Below are positions 47,052 to 59,202 of a stretch of 64,000 nt of DNA, in pieces; positions within the stretch are counted from its first letter, which is position 1, and each line of letters opens with the position of its first letter. Under the pieces are notes generated by a model. The model was not told the origin of the DNA. It made no database searches and worked only from the letters and a program-made list of their open reading frames with translations. Made by a program: the position numbers and the translations under genes. Where the stretch lies: the NCBI GenBank assembly GCA_035084275.1, contig CM068773.1, positions 2,170,001-2,234,000 on the forward strand, given 5' to 3'. The stretch is from Hydrolagus colliei (taxonomy: Eukaryota).

Positions 47052-50000
47052 TTAGCCTGACTTCGTGGTCAAACCATCACCTAAAGGAAAAGAAATTCAG
47101 AATTCAGATTGGTTTCGGTCTCTCCGTCTGTGCGTCCGCCTGTCTGTCCATCTGTCTATCTGTGTGTCATCATCATAATAATCCTTGCATTTGATATAGC
47201 ACCTTTCACATCTTCAAGATAACTCAAAGCGCTTCACAGAATTCACTGAAAGGTGAATTGACTATGCATTTGTGGGCAAAACATGGCAGCCAGTTCGACA
47301 CAGCAGCGTCCCCACAGACAGCCGTTGATTGCAATGACCAATTTATTACTATGTGAACAGATTATTAATCCCAGGAAAGTGATCCGACAATTGACTAACG
47401 TGTGTGTTCCTACTTCCTGCTAGGTAAAGAGTGTGTGTGAGAAGAGCAATGAAACTTGCCATGGTTTCTCCCAGCCCTGGAATTGAACCCAGGTCCTCTC
47501 ACGTGTGAAGCGAGTGCTCTAACCACTACTCTGTGGGACTCCAATAACCTGCAGTCTATGCACTTAAAGCTTTCCATCTCAGAAGTGTGGACTGACATGA
47601 TTTGAGTTGAGTTTCCTCACTCCCCAAATAGTTAAAATCATCATCAACAACAACAACAACAACAACTTCGATTTATATAGCGCCCTCCACGCCTCACAAT
47701 CTCCTCCCATGAATCTGTTTTCTGCACTCGGAGTCCTGCTAGTTAGGTTGTCAGAGCTTTTGCCTTGCAAGTGATACCTGGAATCGATTCACGAGTGGTT
47801 TTAGGGAAAGTTTCCCCACTCCACATTTACCCAACAGTCAGTCAATTGGTGAGCCAAATAGCCTCCTTCTGCGCTGTAAGATTCTATGAATGGCGGAACA
47901 GGCTTGATGGGCTGAGTGGCCTCTCAGACACATCCTGTTCCTTGGATGTGTCCTGCTTGCCTGGTAGTCTTACCAGAGGAGCCGCTGTTGTCGGAGGATC
48001 CTGAGGTGGTTGAGTGTACGCTGAGCTGGTTTGGTCGTGTCACTTGTCTTCTAAAACATACTGGAGAAAGGAATCAGGAATCAGATATGGTGAAACATAT
48101 ATACCCTCACACACGCAACCCTCCCCCCTGCCTTCACCTCCTCTTTCTTCACAATAATATGAGGAGTCCTGTAGCATGGTGATTAGAGTGAGATGACCTG
48201 GGTTCGATTCCAGGGTGGGACAGGCCAAGATAGACAAGTTTCTTTGTGTACAACACATATAGACAATAAGACGCTGTGACAAATGCAAGGATCATTAGTA
48301 TTAAGAAGAGTCCATCTGCCTTACCTGACCCATGATTCCACCGTGAGGGGTACACTGTATGGGGAGAGAGGAGTTAGCGGCTGTGAAACCAAAGTACAAA
48401 AGCTGAGGAACACACTGTTCCATCCACACACACCCACACACACACTCACTGACACACACAGACAACAACAACTTTGATTTATATAGCATCCTCCACACTG
48501 GACAGTGTCTCAGAGTGCACACATACCCAACAACAACAACAACAACAATTTACATTTATAGAGCGCCTTTCACGTCGGGAGGACGTCCCAAGGCGCTGCA
48601 CAGGAGGCGTGTGACCCGAGCTGGGAGGGGAGTGTTTGGGAAGGGGTGAAACATGAAGGGGAGGGAGAAGAGTTCGGGGTGGAACAAAAGACACGATCGA
48701 AGAGGAAAGTCTTCAAACCGGCCTTGAAAGAGGAAAGGGAAGAAATGAAACGGAGGGATTGAGGGATGGCATTCCATAAGGTGGGAGCGGAGAAACTGAA
48801 AGCCCGGCCTCCGATGGTGGGACAGTTCGAGCGGGGGGCTTGTAGCAGGCCAAGTCCTGTTGAACGGAGGGTCCGGGTGGGTGTGTAGGGGGAGAGTAGA
48901 TCGGTTAAGTAACCAACCACCTATCCATCTATCCAACCACCTAATCAAACACCTACCCATCTAACCCAACCATCTACCCACCCACCAAACTAGTTAAGTG
49001 GTGTAAGAAGTAGTTGAACAACAAGTAGTTTGTGTGACTGGTTACCTTGTAAAGAGCGTTGGTACAGGAACCCAGTCATGGCTGCAGCAGCAATGCCCCC
49101 AACTCCCAGAACCACCCCAATCACCAACAAAGCTTTGTTCATATCAGCCGGCGGCATCACTGTCCAAAGCAAGAAGATAAGTGCATTCTTGAGTTTCTGG
49201 GACATGGTGACTGAGAGTGCAGCCACCGATGGTGGGTGTGGGAGGTGGGGAGGGTGGGTGGGGGGCGAGGGCAAGCAGGACATTAGAGTTAATGAAGCGG
49301 AGGCAGCGGGTGGTGGAGTGGACAGTAAGCTTGTAGGGGTGAAGGGGTTTGAAGATGAGAGAGAGGATCTTGTAATCGATCAATTTGGTGTTAGGGAGCC
49401 AGTGGAGCCTGGCGAGGACTGCGGTGATGGGGAGGCCTGAGTTTAGTGGGGATGAGTTGGCCCGCAGAGTTTCGGGCCTAACCAATCTTTCAAGAGTGGA
49501 ACTTACCCAGGTACACTATCTGTTTCCCACTACTCTCATGCTCCAGTTCACAAGCGTATGATTCATCTGGCTCTCTGTCCAATATCAGGGTGCTTTGTAT
49601 CTGGTATGTCCCATCTCTCTGGGGTAAAGCCCTAGTGGTGAGGCTTGTGTGGATGTATTGTTGGTTTTTCATCCATTTGACTTCAATTGTCGAGGGGAAG
49701 AAGTTCTTAATGAAACAAACCAAATGACTCCGGCCTTCTCTCCTCTGAATGTAGATTTTGGCAGTTGGTCGAGCTGTGAAATAACAACAACAACACACGA
49801 CACATGTCACTATGTGACGACATTGATCACATATTCTCTCACATCAGGAGGACATCCCGTGGTGCTCGGCTGGACAGGCAGGGATTTGGACCTGAGCTGT
49901 GGATTGGGATCTAGAGGGGATGGAGGGCAGGGAATGTGGAGGGTATCGGAGGGTGACCAAAGGACCATTTGGTCGAAGAGGCAGGTCTTGAGATGATCCT

Positions 50001-52460
50001 TCAAAGAAGAGTGGGAAGTTGGCGAATTACAGAGTTTCAAAGGGTGGGAGCAGAAAGGCTAGATCATAGAATCTTGTGGCACAAAAGGAGGCCATTCTAG
50101 TCTCTGCTGGCTCTTTGAAAAGAGCAATTCAATCCCACTGCCCAGCTTTCTCCCCATAACCTAACAGACCTGTTCTCCCTAACTAAAGATCTAATTCTCT
50201 TTTAAAAGCTGTTGTCGAATCGGCCTTCACCGCCTTTTCAGGCAATACATTCCGGATTCAAACAAACCGCTGAGTGTAAACATTTCTCCTCAGCTCCCCT
50301 CTGCTTTGTTTTGAAACTATTTTAAATTTATGACCACGAGTCTGTGACTCGCCCACCAGTGGAGACAGTTTTTCCTTATTCACCCTGTCGAATCCACTCA
50401 TGATTTTAGAAACCTCTATTAGGTCTCCTCTCAACCTTCTTTGTTCCAAAGAGAATAAACCTAACCTATCTAGTTTTTCCTCATAACTGAAGTCCCTCAA
50501 TCATGGTACCATTATAGTAAACCTTCTTTGTACCCTTTCCAAAGCCTTAACATCCTTTCTATAGTGTGGTGACCAGAATTGGACACAATAGTCCATCTGA
50601 GGCCTAACAAAAGTTTTAGAGAGGTTACTTCCTGACTGTTGTATTCTATAACCCTATTTATAAAGCCGAGTATCCCATATGCCTTCTTATTGGCTTTGTC
50701 TACCTGACCTGCCACCTTCAAAGAGTCAGTAACACAAATCCCCAGGTATCTTTGTTCCCTCACACCCCTTAAAATTGTATTATCTAGCCTATATTGCCTT
50801 CCCTAATTTCTTCTCCCAAAATGTATCACATCACACTTTTCTGCATTAAACTTCATCTGCCATGCGTCTGCCCACTTTACCATTTTATCTATACTATCCT
50901 TCTCACTGTTTACTATTCTCCCTAACTTAGTATCATCTGCAATCTTGGAAACCGTACTCCCTAAACCCAAATCCAAATCATTAATGTATATTAAAAAGAG
51001 CAGTGGTCCCAATACCGATCCCTGGGGGGCGCCACTGCACACTTCCCTCCAGTCTGAAAAACAGCCACTCACCACAACTCTGTGCTTTCTGTCTCACAGC
51101 CAGTTGTGGATCCACGCTGCCACTGTCCGTTTAACGCCGTGGGCCTCTATTTTCCTAATAAGCCTCTCAGTTTTGATGCCCAACAACCCATGATGGGGTG
51201 GGCAGGAACAGGCAGGTTGGGGGACAGGTTAGAGCTGGCCTACTCAGTGGAGTCAGAGGAGAGAAATGTATAGAGGTAGGGAGGAACAAGGCCGTAGAGG
51301 AATTTGAAGACAAGTGTAAGAATCTTGAAATCGAGTTGTTTCAAAGCACCTCACATTAACCTTACCAGGGCTCCCAAACTTAGTGTTGCTGTTGATGGCG
51401 GCCTGTTTCACCACCATGCATTTTTCTTTGATTAATATCTGTATGGTAATGATGTGCTCTGGGTCCTTGTTCCTCCATGCAATCTCACTGAGTGTCAAGA
51501 CACTGGTCGCGATAAAGGTCTCGTTAATATTGTCAAAGTGCATTATATCCAAGCCATCGTAGGCAAAATTCCAAGTTATGTTAAACAATTCCCCATTTTG
51601 GTGACTGCAACTGCACCATTCCTGATAGATGTGGCGATCTGGGAAGGACACACAATGGAAGAGCTTCAAGAACAAGAAAATCACATTTGTAGATGCCTTT
51701 CGCAACGGGAAGATGTCCCGAGGCCCTGAGAGGCCTAGTTGGGATCTGAGCTGGTGGGTGGTGGGGTGGGTAGGACCAGGAGGCAGGAGAGTAGGAGAGA
51801 AGAGAGAGGTAGGGGAGCGGAAGGCACGGTTGAGGAGGAAGGTCTTGAGACCGGCCTTGAAGCAGGAAAGGGAGGAAGCGAGGCGAAGGGATTGCGGGAT
51901 GGATTTCCGGAGTGTGGGGGTGGAGAGAAGTGATTAAGGTGCTATATCAAATGCAAGGATTATATAATTATTTGTTATTATTCGCTTGGTTCATTCTGAC
52001 AGGGAGCGGACGGAGAGGATGAGGATTTCAGCCTGTATCCTGTGAGGGATGGGAAGCCAGCGGAGTCGGGCGTCTGAGGGTGGGGGGTTAATAAAAACAA
52101 TAATAATAATAATAATCCTTGCATTTGATACAGCGCTTTTCACATCTTATCAACATCTCAAAGCGCGTCACAGACTATACTGTAAAGTGGAATAGACTGT
52201 ATATTTGTGGGCGAAACGCGGCTGCCAATTGCGGGTGATCGATGGGAGTCACAGAGCCTGGCGTGGGAGAGGAGGACAAGAGCTGGAGAGTTGGTTGGGG
52301 GGTTGGGGGGGGTGGGGAGACCGACAAGCAAGGAGTTAGTACAACCAAAGCCTGGCTGGGATATGATTAAAAAAAACTCACCATTTGTGGCGGAAGAAAG
52401 ATGGGAATAGTAGACACCAAGCACGAAAACAATAAGCAATACTCGACCGAACGGTGGCAT
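47052..52460 (-). CDS. WB: MHC W-category beta chain (WB-like), predicted 7 coding exons, ~292 aa
   Basis: Exons: 52382-52460 (leader), 51366-51638 (beta1), 49507-49773 (Ig-C1), 49046-49159 (TM), 48325-48354, 47974-48060 and 47052-47080 (tail). All are GT-AG, phase 1, with no stops. The three tail exons are less certain. Confidence 0.8.
48545..48910 (-). mobile_element. L2-clade LINE 3' end in a WB intron
   Basis: DLLSPYTPTRTLRS...PTIGGRAFS..APTLWN and (AAC)n tail. Confidence 0.8.
49046..49159 (-). CDS. WB exon 4, connecting peptide plus transmembrane helix
   Basis: VMPPADMNKALLVIGVVLGVGGIAAAAMTGFLYQRSLQ; 114 bp; phase 1/1. Confidence 0.8.
49507..49773 (-). CDS. WB exon 3, Ig C1-set domain (class I alpha3-like)
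   Basis: LVCFIKNFFP..IEVKW...LPQRDGTYQ...YACELEH; 267 bp; phase 1/1. Confidence 0.9.
50064..51169 (-). mobile_element. CR1-clade LINE, 5'-truncated, in WB intron 2
   Basis: Same family as 40820-42517 (GAPQGSVLGPLLFLIY, IADD, RRLRGDLIE). Confidence 0.92.
51366..51638 (-). CDS. WB exon 2, groove (beta1) domain with class I alpha2-type motifs
   Basis: DRHIYQEWCSC...FAYDGLDIMHFD...EKC; 273 bp; CCCAG acceptor and G|GTAAG donor. Confidence 0.85.
52382..52460 (-). CDS. WB exon 1, signal peptide
   Basis: MPPFGRVLLIVFVLGVYYSHLSSATN followed by G|GTGAG donor (phase 1). Confidence 0.85.
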
Positions 52461-52619
52461 TGTGAAGCTTTGGGGAACAAGAACTTTTCGTCTTGCTGCT
52501 GAACTCAGAAAAGCAGCTGAGTGTTTTGGCTTTGTTTTCTTCGGATGCGTAGTTTGATGTGTTAGGCTCCGCCCAGCAAATATGCAAACCTGTTTGATGA
52601 TGCCTTCAAGAATCAGATC

Positions 52620-54468
52620 CTCTCCTCAAACGAACGTTGCGAGGAGATGTTGGACTTCCTCGAGTCCAAAGTAGAGAGAATCCGCTCTGCGGTTTCCTCC
52701 CCCCACCTCTCCTCCACCTCCTCCCCTCCATCCGTTATTTCAACCCCCATCCACCCCTCCTTTCAGACTTTCATCCCCACCTCCCCGTCTTCAATCACTA
52801 AAATAATCACCTCCATGAAACCCACCACGTATTCATTGGACCCCATCCCCACCCCCCTCCTCCACACCCAGCTCCACCTTTTGGCCCCGCTTATTTCTGA
52901 CACCATCAACCTTTCCCTCTCCTCAGGCACCGCCCCTACCTCCCCTAAAACAGCCACCATCACCCCTATCCTGAAAAAACCCTCCCTTGATGCATCGCAG
53001 CCATCAAGCTACCGACCCATCTCCAACCTCCCATTTTTATCTAAGGTCCTTGAAAGAGTGGTTGCCTCCCAGCTCCGCTCCTTCCTCTCAATTCACTCAC
53101 TCCTTGAACCCCTCCAATCAGGTTTCCACCCTGCTCACAGCACGGAAACTGCCCTGGTCAAGGTCACTAATGACATCCTAACCGCCTGTGACCAGGGCTC
53201 CCTTTGCCTCCTCATCCTCCTTGACCTGTCTGCTGCGTTCGACTTAGTCGATCACACCATCCTCCTCCAACGTCTTTCGTCCCACCTCAACCTTCAAGTC
53301 CTTGACTGGTTCCATTCCTACCTGACCCACCGCCTACATTTTGTATCTTCCAACGGTTTCTCCTCAAACCCCCGCACAGTTTCTCATGGCGTCCCCCAGG
53401 GCTTGGCCCCCTCCTTTGCACCATTTACACAATCACTCTGGGCGATGTCATCCGCAAACATGGGGTAAATTTCCACATATATGCGGACGACACCCAGCTG
53501 TACCTTTCTGCCTCATCCCTCAACCCCAGACCATCGATGTTCTGGCAGCATGTCTGTCCGACATTGAGTCCTGGACGAGGGACAACTTCCTCCAATTGAA
53601 TGTGAGTAAGACCGAGGCCCTCCTGATTGGCTAAGCAAGCGCCTCCGCGCATCGGGCGCTGACAGCCTCAACATCCAAGGCTGTACTCTCCACCTCACAA
53701 AGCCAGTCAGGAACCTCGCATCACGTTCGACCATAAACTCTCCTTCCTCCCCCACATCCGTGCCTTGACCGGCACCGCTTATTTCCACCTGCGCAACATT
53801 GCCAGGTTCCGCAACTATCTCACCCCCCGCGCTGCCGAAACACTCGTGCACGCGTACATCACCTCACGGCTGGACTACGGAAACTCTCTCCTCGTCGGCC
53901 TCCCCAGTTCCTCCATTCACAGGCTGCAGGTCATCCAAAACTCTGCAGCCCGTGTATTATCCCGCACCCGCCTCCGCAACCACATAACCCCCACCCTCGC
54001 CCGTCTCCACTGGCTCCCCATTCTCCAGAGGATCGAGTTCAAGATCCTCGTCCTCACCCTCAAGGCCTTACACTGCCTTGCCCCACCCTGCTTAACTGAT
54101 TTACTTTCCCCCTATAAGCCCACCCGGACACTCCGTTCAGCAGGACTTGGCCTGCTCCAAGTCCCCCGCCCGAACCGCCCCACCATCGGTGGCCGGGCTT
54201 TCAGTTTCTCCGCTCCCACCCTGTGAAATTCCATCCCCCAATCCCTCCGTCTCGTTTCTTCCCTTTCCTCTTTCAAGGCCAGTTTGAAGACTATCCACTT
54301 CGACCGTGCCTTTTGTTCCCCCCTGAACTTCTCGACCTCCCCTACGTGTTTCACCCCTTCCCAAACACTCCCCTCCCAGCTCGGGTCACACACCTCCTGT
54401 GCTGCGCCTTGGGACGTCCTCCTGACGTGAAAGGTGCTTTGTAAGTTTAAGTTGTTGTTGTTGTTGTT
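52620..54468 (+). mobile_element. L2-clade LINE, 5'-truncated (~1.85 kb), RT domain; duplicated at ~55407-57252
   Basis: YRPISNLPFLSKVLER, QSGF..HSTETAL, LDLSAAFD, GVPQG and YADD motifs; (GTT)n tail. Confidence 0.95.
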
Positions 54469-55194
54469 ATCTGCCATCAAGTCTCCTTTAAATGACTTCC
54501 ATGTCTTCACCATCTATCAATGTAGATTTTGTTATTTTTTTTGACCAAACTGAATATCGGAGCTACCAATAGCTTCCAATGAAGCGCTGTGCCAAACGGA
54601 AAAGATTGTTATCACGAAAGGAATCCAGCAATGCAAATTAATAGCGCTCTAATTAAATTAGCGCTCTGAGATGCCGTCGACGTGGAGGGTGCTACATAAA
54701 TCAAAGTTGTTGTCGTTGTTGAAGTTGTTGTTGTAATATCACAGCTTCCTCATAGCGTAACTGCTGTAATCAACATTGGATTGTGGTGACGGATTGGAAT
54801 TCAATCCCCTCTATCAAAACAGCCTTTGTGTCGTATCAAATTGCAAGCAAGTTTCCTGACCGTCACTATTGGTTCCCTGGACAACAACTGCTTTTTCCCC
54901 ATCACTTCTTTCATGGCTGTTTGGAAGAAAGTACATATACATTTCATAGAATCATAGAATCTTACGGCACAAAAGGAGGCCAATCGGCCCATCTAGTCTG
55001 TGCCGGCTGTTTGAAAAGAGCAACTCAATCCCAGTGCCCAGCTCTCTCCCCATAACCCAACAGACCTGTTCTCCCCAAATAAAGATCTAATACACAGACT
55101 TACACAGTGCCGTTCACTGTGAATCCCTGTAGATCAGTCTTTCGAGACCTGGCCTAGCAAGCCACAGTCCTGTAGTTCAGTAGCTCAGAATCTG

Positions 55195-55247
55195 TAGTAG
55201 ACACCAAGCACGAAAACAATAAGCGATACTCGACCGAACGGTGGCAT
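55195..55247 (-). pseudogene. Duplicated partial WB leader exon (dead upstream start)
   Basis: ATG at 55247 reads MPPFGRVSLIVFVLGVYY, then RF-stop across the duplication junction; no splice donor. Confidence 0.85.
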
Positions 55248-58079
55248 TGTGAAGCTTTGGGGAACAAGAACTTTTCGTCTTGCTGCTGAACTCAGAAAAG
55301 CAGCTGAGTGTTTTGGCTTTGTTTTCTTCGGATGCGTAGTTTGATGTGTTAGGCTCCGCCCAGCAAATATGCAAACCTGTTTGATGATGCCTTCAAGAAT
55401 CAGATCCTCTCCTCAAACGAACGTTGCGAGGAGATGTTGGACTTCCTCGAGTCCAAAGTAGAGAGAATCCGCTCTGCGGTTTCCTCCCCCCACCTCTCCT
55501 CCACCTCCTCCCCTCCATCCGTTATTTCAACCCCCCATCCACCCCTCCTTTCATACTTTCATCCCCACCTCCCCGTCTTCAATCACTAAAATAATCACCT
55601 CCATGAAACCCACCACGAATTCATTGGACCCCATCCCCACCCCCCTCCTCCACACCTCCACCTTTTGGCCCCGCTTATTTCTGACACCATCAACCTTTCC
55701 CTCTCCTCAGGCACCGCCCCTACCTCCCCTAAAACAGCCACCATCACCCCTATCCAGAAAAAACCCTCCCTTGATGCATCGCAGCCATCAAGCTACCGAC
55801 CCATCTCCAACCTCCCATTTTTATCTAAGGTCCTTGAAAGAGTGGTTGCCTCCCAGCTCCGCTCCTTCCTCTCAATTCACTCACTCCTTGAACCCCTCCA
55901 ATCAGGTTTCCACCCTGCTCACAGCACGGAAACTGCCCTGGTCAAGGTCACTAATGACATCCTAACCGCCTGTGACCAGGGCTCCCTTTGCCTCCTCGTC
56001 CTCCTTGACCTGTCTGCTGCGTTCGACTTAGTCGATCACACCATCCTCCTCCAACGTCTTTCGTCCCACCTCAACCTTCAAGTCCTTGACTGGTTCCATT
56101 CCTACCTGACCCACCGCCTACATTTTGTATCTTCCAACGGTTTCTCCTCAAACCCCCGCACAGTTTCTCATGGCGTCCCCCAGGGCTTGGCCCCCTCCTT
56201 TGCACCATTTACACAATCACTCTGGGCGATGTCATCCGCAAACATGGGGTAAATTTCCACATATATGCGGATGACACCCAGCTGTACCTTTCTGCCTCAT
56301 CCCTCAACCCCAGACCATCGATGTTCTGGCAGCATGTCTGTCCGACATTGTGTCCTGGACGAGGGACAACTTCCTCCAATTGAATGTGAGTAAGACCGAG
56401 GCCCTCCTGATTGGCTAAGTAAGCGCCTCCGCGCATCGGGCGCTGCCAGCCTCAACATCCAAGGCTGTACTCTCCACCTCACAAAGCCAGTCAGGAACCT
56501 CGCATCACGTTCGACCATAAACTCTCCTTCCTCCCGCACATCCGTGCCTTGAGCGGCACCCCTTATTTCCACCTGCGCAACATTGCCAGGCTCCGCAACT
56601 ATCTTACCCCCCGCGCTGCCGAAACACTCGTGCACGCGTACATCACCTCACGGCTGGACTACGGAAACTTTCTCCTCATCGGCCTCCCCAGTTCCTCCAT
56701 TCACAGGCTGCAGGTCACCCAAAACTCTGCAGCCCGTGTATTATCCCGCACCCGCCTCCGCAACCACATAACCCCCACCCTCGCCCGTCTCCACTGGCTC
56801 CCCATTCTCCAGAGGATCGAGTTCAAGATCCTCGTCCTCACCCTCAAGGCCTTACACTGCCTTGCCCCACCGTACTTAACTGATTTACTTTCCCCCTATA
56901 AGCCCACCCGGACACTCCGTTCAGCAGGACTTGGCCTGCTCCAAGTCCCCCGCCCGAACCGCCCCACCATCGGTGGCCGGGCTTTCAGTTTCTCCGCTCC
57001 CACCCTGTGAAATTCCATCCCCCAATCCCTCCGTCTCGTTTCTTCCCTTTCCTCTTTCAAGGCCAGTTTGAAGACTATCCACTTCGACCGTGCCTTTTGT
57101 TCCCCCCTGAACTTCTCGACCTCCCCTACGTGTTTCACCCCTTCCCAAACACTCCCCTCCCAGCTCGGGTCACACACCTCCTGTGCTGCGCCTTGGGACG
57201 TCCTCCTGACGTGAAAGGTGCTTTGTAAGTTTAAGTTGTTGTTGTTGTTGTTATCTGCCATCAAGTCTCCTTTAAATGACTTCCATGTCTTCACCATCTA
57301 TCAATGTAGATTTTGTTATTTTTTTTGACCAAACTGAATATCGGAGCTACCAATAGCTTCCAATGAAGCGCTGTGCCAAACGGAAAAGATTGTTATCACG
57401 AAAGGAATCCAGCAATGCAAATTAATAGCGCTCTAATTAAATTAGCGCTCTGAGATGCCGTCGACGTGGAGGGTGCTACATAAATCAAAGTTGTTGTCGT
57501 TGTTGAAGTTGTTGTTGTAATATCACAGCTTCCTCATAGCGTAACTGCTGTAATCAACATTGGATTGTGGTGACGGATTGGAATTCAATCCCCTCTATCA
57601 AAACAGCCTTTGTGTCGTATCAAATTGCAAGCAAGTTTCCTGACCGTCACTATTGGTTCCCTGGACAACAACTGCTTTTACCCCATCACTTCTTTCATGG
57701 CTGTTTGGAAGAAAGTACATATACATTTCATAGAATCATAGAATCTTACGGCACAAAAGGAGGCCAATCGGCCCATCTAGTCTGTGCCGGCTGTTTGAAA
57801 AGAGCAACTCAATCCCAGTGCCCAGCTCTCTCCCCATAACCCAACAGACCTGTTCTCCCCAAATAAAGATCTAATACACAGACTTACACAGTGCCGTTCA
57901 CTGTGAATCCCTGTAGATCAGTCTTTCGAGACCTGGCCTAGCAAGCCACAGTCCTGTAGTTCAGTAGCTCAGAATCTGCTTATTAGTCAATTGGCGCATC
58001 CCTTTCCAGGGGGGTAATAATGTGTACAAAAAATAATCATAATAATCTAGTCACTCAATCCATGACAGTTTGTGGGGAC

Positions 58080-58712
58080 ATCGCTTTGAAACACTCATAC
58101 ACTCCTTCATTACATCTAGGCTGGATTCCAGGAACTCTTTCCTCGTCGGCTTTATTAGCTCCTCCCTTCACAAGCTGCCGATTATTCACAACTCTGCAGC
58201 TCGTGTTCTCTCCCGCACTAGGCTTCGCGACCATTTCTCTTCCACCCTCGCCCGTCTCCACTGGCTCCCCGTGCCCCCAGAGGATCGAATTCAAGATCCT
58301 CGTCCTCACCCTCAAGGCCATTCACAGCCTTACCCCACCTATCTCTCCGACCTGCTATCTCCCTATCAGCCTGTGCCCGTCCCCTCCGCTTAGCAGGCTC
58401 TGGCCTGGTCCACGTCCACCACCCTAACCACCCAACCATCAGTGGCCAGGCTTTTAGCCTCTCCGCTCCCACACTGTGGAACTCCATCCTGCAATCTCTT
58501 CGCCTCGCTTCCTCCCTTTCCTCCTTCAAGACCGGGCTCAAGACCTGCCTCTTCAATCGTACCTTCTGCTCCCCTCCTAACTCTTTCCCCCTCTCCTTCT
58601 TTCCTTCCCCTTCCCCCTACCCCAACCCTTCCCTCACTGCTCAGGTCCTGACCTGATTGATCAGTGCTTTGGGACGTCCTCCCGAAGTGAAAGGCGCTCT
58701 ATAAATGTCATT
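58080..58712 (+). mobile_element. L2-clade LINE 3' fragment
   Basis: ETLIHSFITSRLD...LARLHWLPV remnant and L2 tail. Confidence 0.8.
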
Positions 58713-59144
58713 TTGTTGTTATTGTTGTTTGGGCAATCCTCTGCTGCAATTTGCACACAGAACACACAGTCACTACAGTCTTCAGTGAATCCTGTGAAGC
58801 AGTTTGGGACATTCCTGACATGAAAAGGCACGATGTGGGATACTACAGATGATTACAGGTGAGGTATGTGGAATGTGAAATGGAGCTCTCTGATGCAATT
58901 CATAACACAACTCCGTTGACGCAGCTCACATTTCACACCAAACTTGTCTGAACAGTTTATCGGGGACTTTCTAATTCTGGGCTGGCAAACTGCCTGATGA
59001 TGTCTCCGTAGTGAGAGACACAGACAGTAACATCGCGAGGAGGAAAAGCCTGCACAACACAGAGAACCAGAGGCTACATTGACCACAGTGTGAGTTTGAT
59101 GTCCATCTGTTAAAGGCAACGGAGGCTGATTCACACAAACAAAA

Positions 59145-59202
59145 ATGTTCTTTTTTCTACTAAACGTGTTGTCACTGGTCCCAGCGATCACCACAGAGAC
59201 TG
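59145..59202 (+). CDS. WA exon 1, signal peptide
   Basis: MFFFLLNVLSLVPAITTET followed by G|GTAAGT. Confidence 0.78.

Larger units (their letters stand above)
52408..57978. repeat. Tandem duplication, two ~2.79-kb units (52408-55194 and 55195-57978), roughly 99% identical
   Basis: Both units start TAGTAGACACCAAGC and end CTCAGAATCTG; they differ by scattered SNPs and small indels. Confidence 0.95.

Noticed and set aside
49507-51638. Calling the minus-strand gene a classical MHC class I heavy chain missing alpha1, or a class II beta chain
   Set aside because: The leader splices directly to a single groove exon, I found no extra alpha1 exon in the ~740-bp intron, and a partner alpha gene is adjacent. 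The class II beta NGDWT Trp is replaced by class I-type DGT.
52460-59145. Search for an S-X-Y (RFX/CREB/NF-Y) MHC promoter module; saw a GC box (~52567), octamer-like ATGCAAAC/ATGCAAAT (~52582, 54631) and TGACG (~58917)
   Set aside because: No convincing X-X2-Y spacing found by eye; a PWM scan against fish and shark MHC promoters would be needed.
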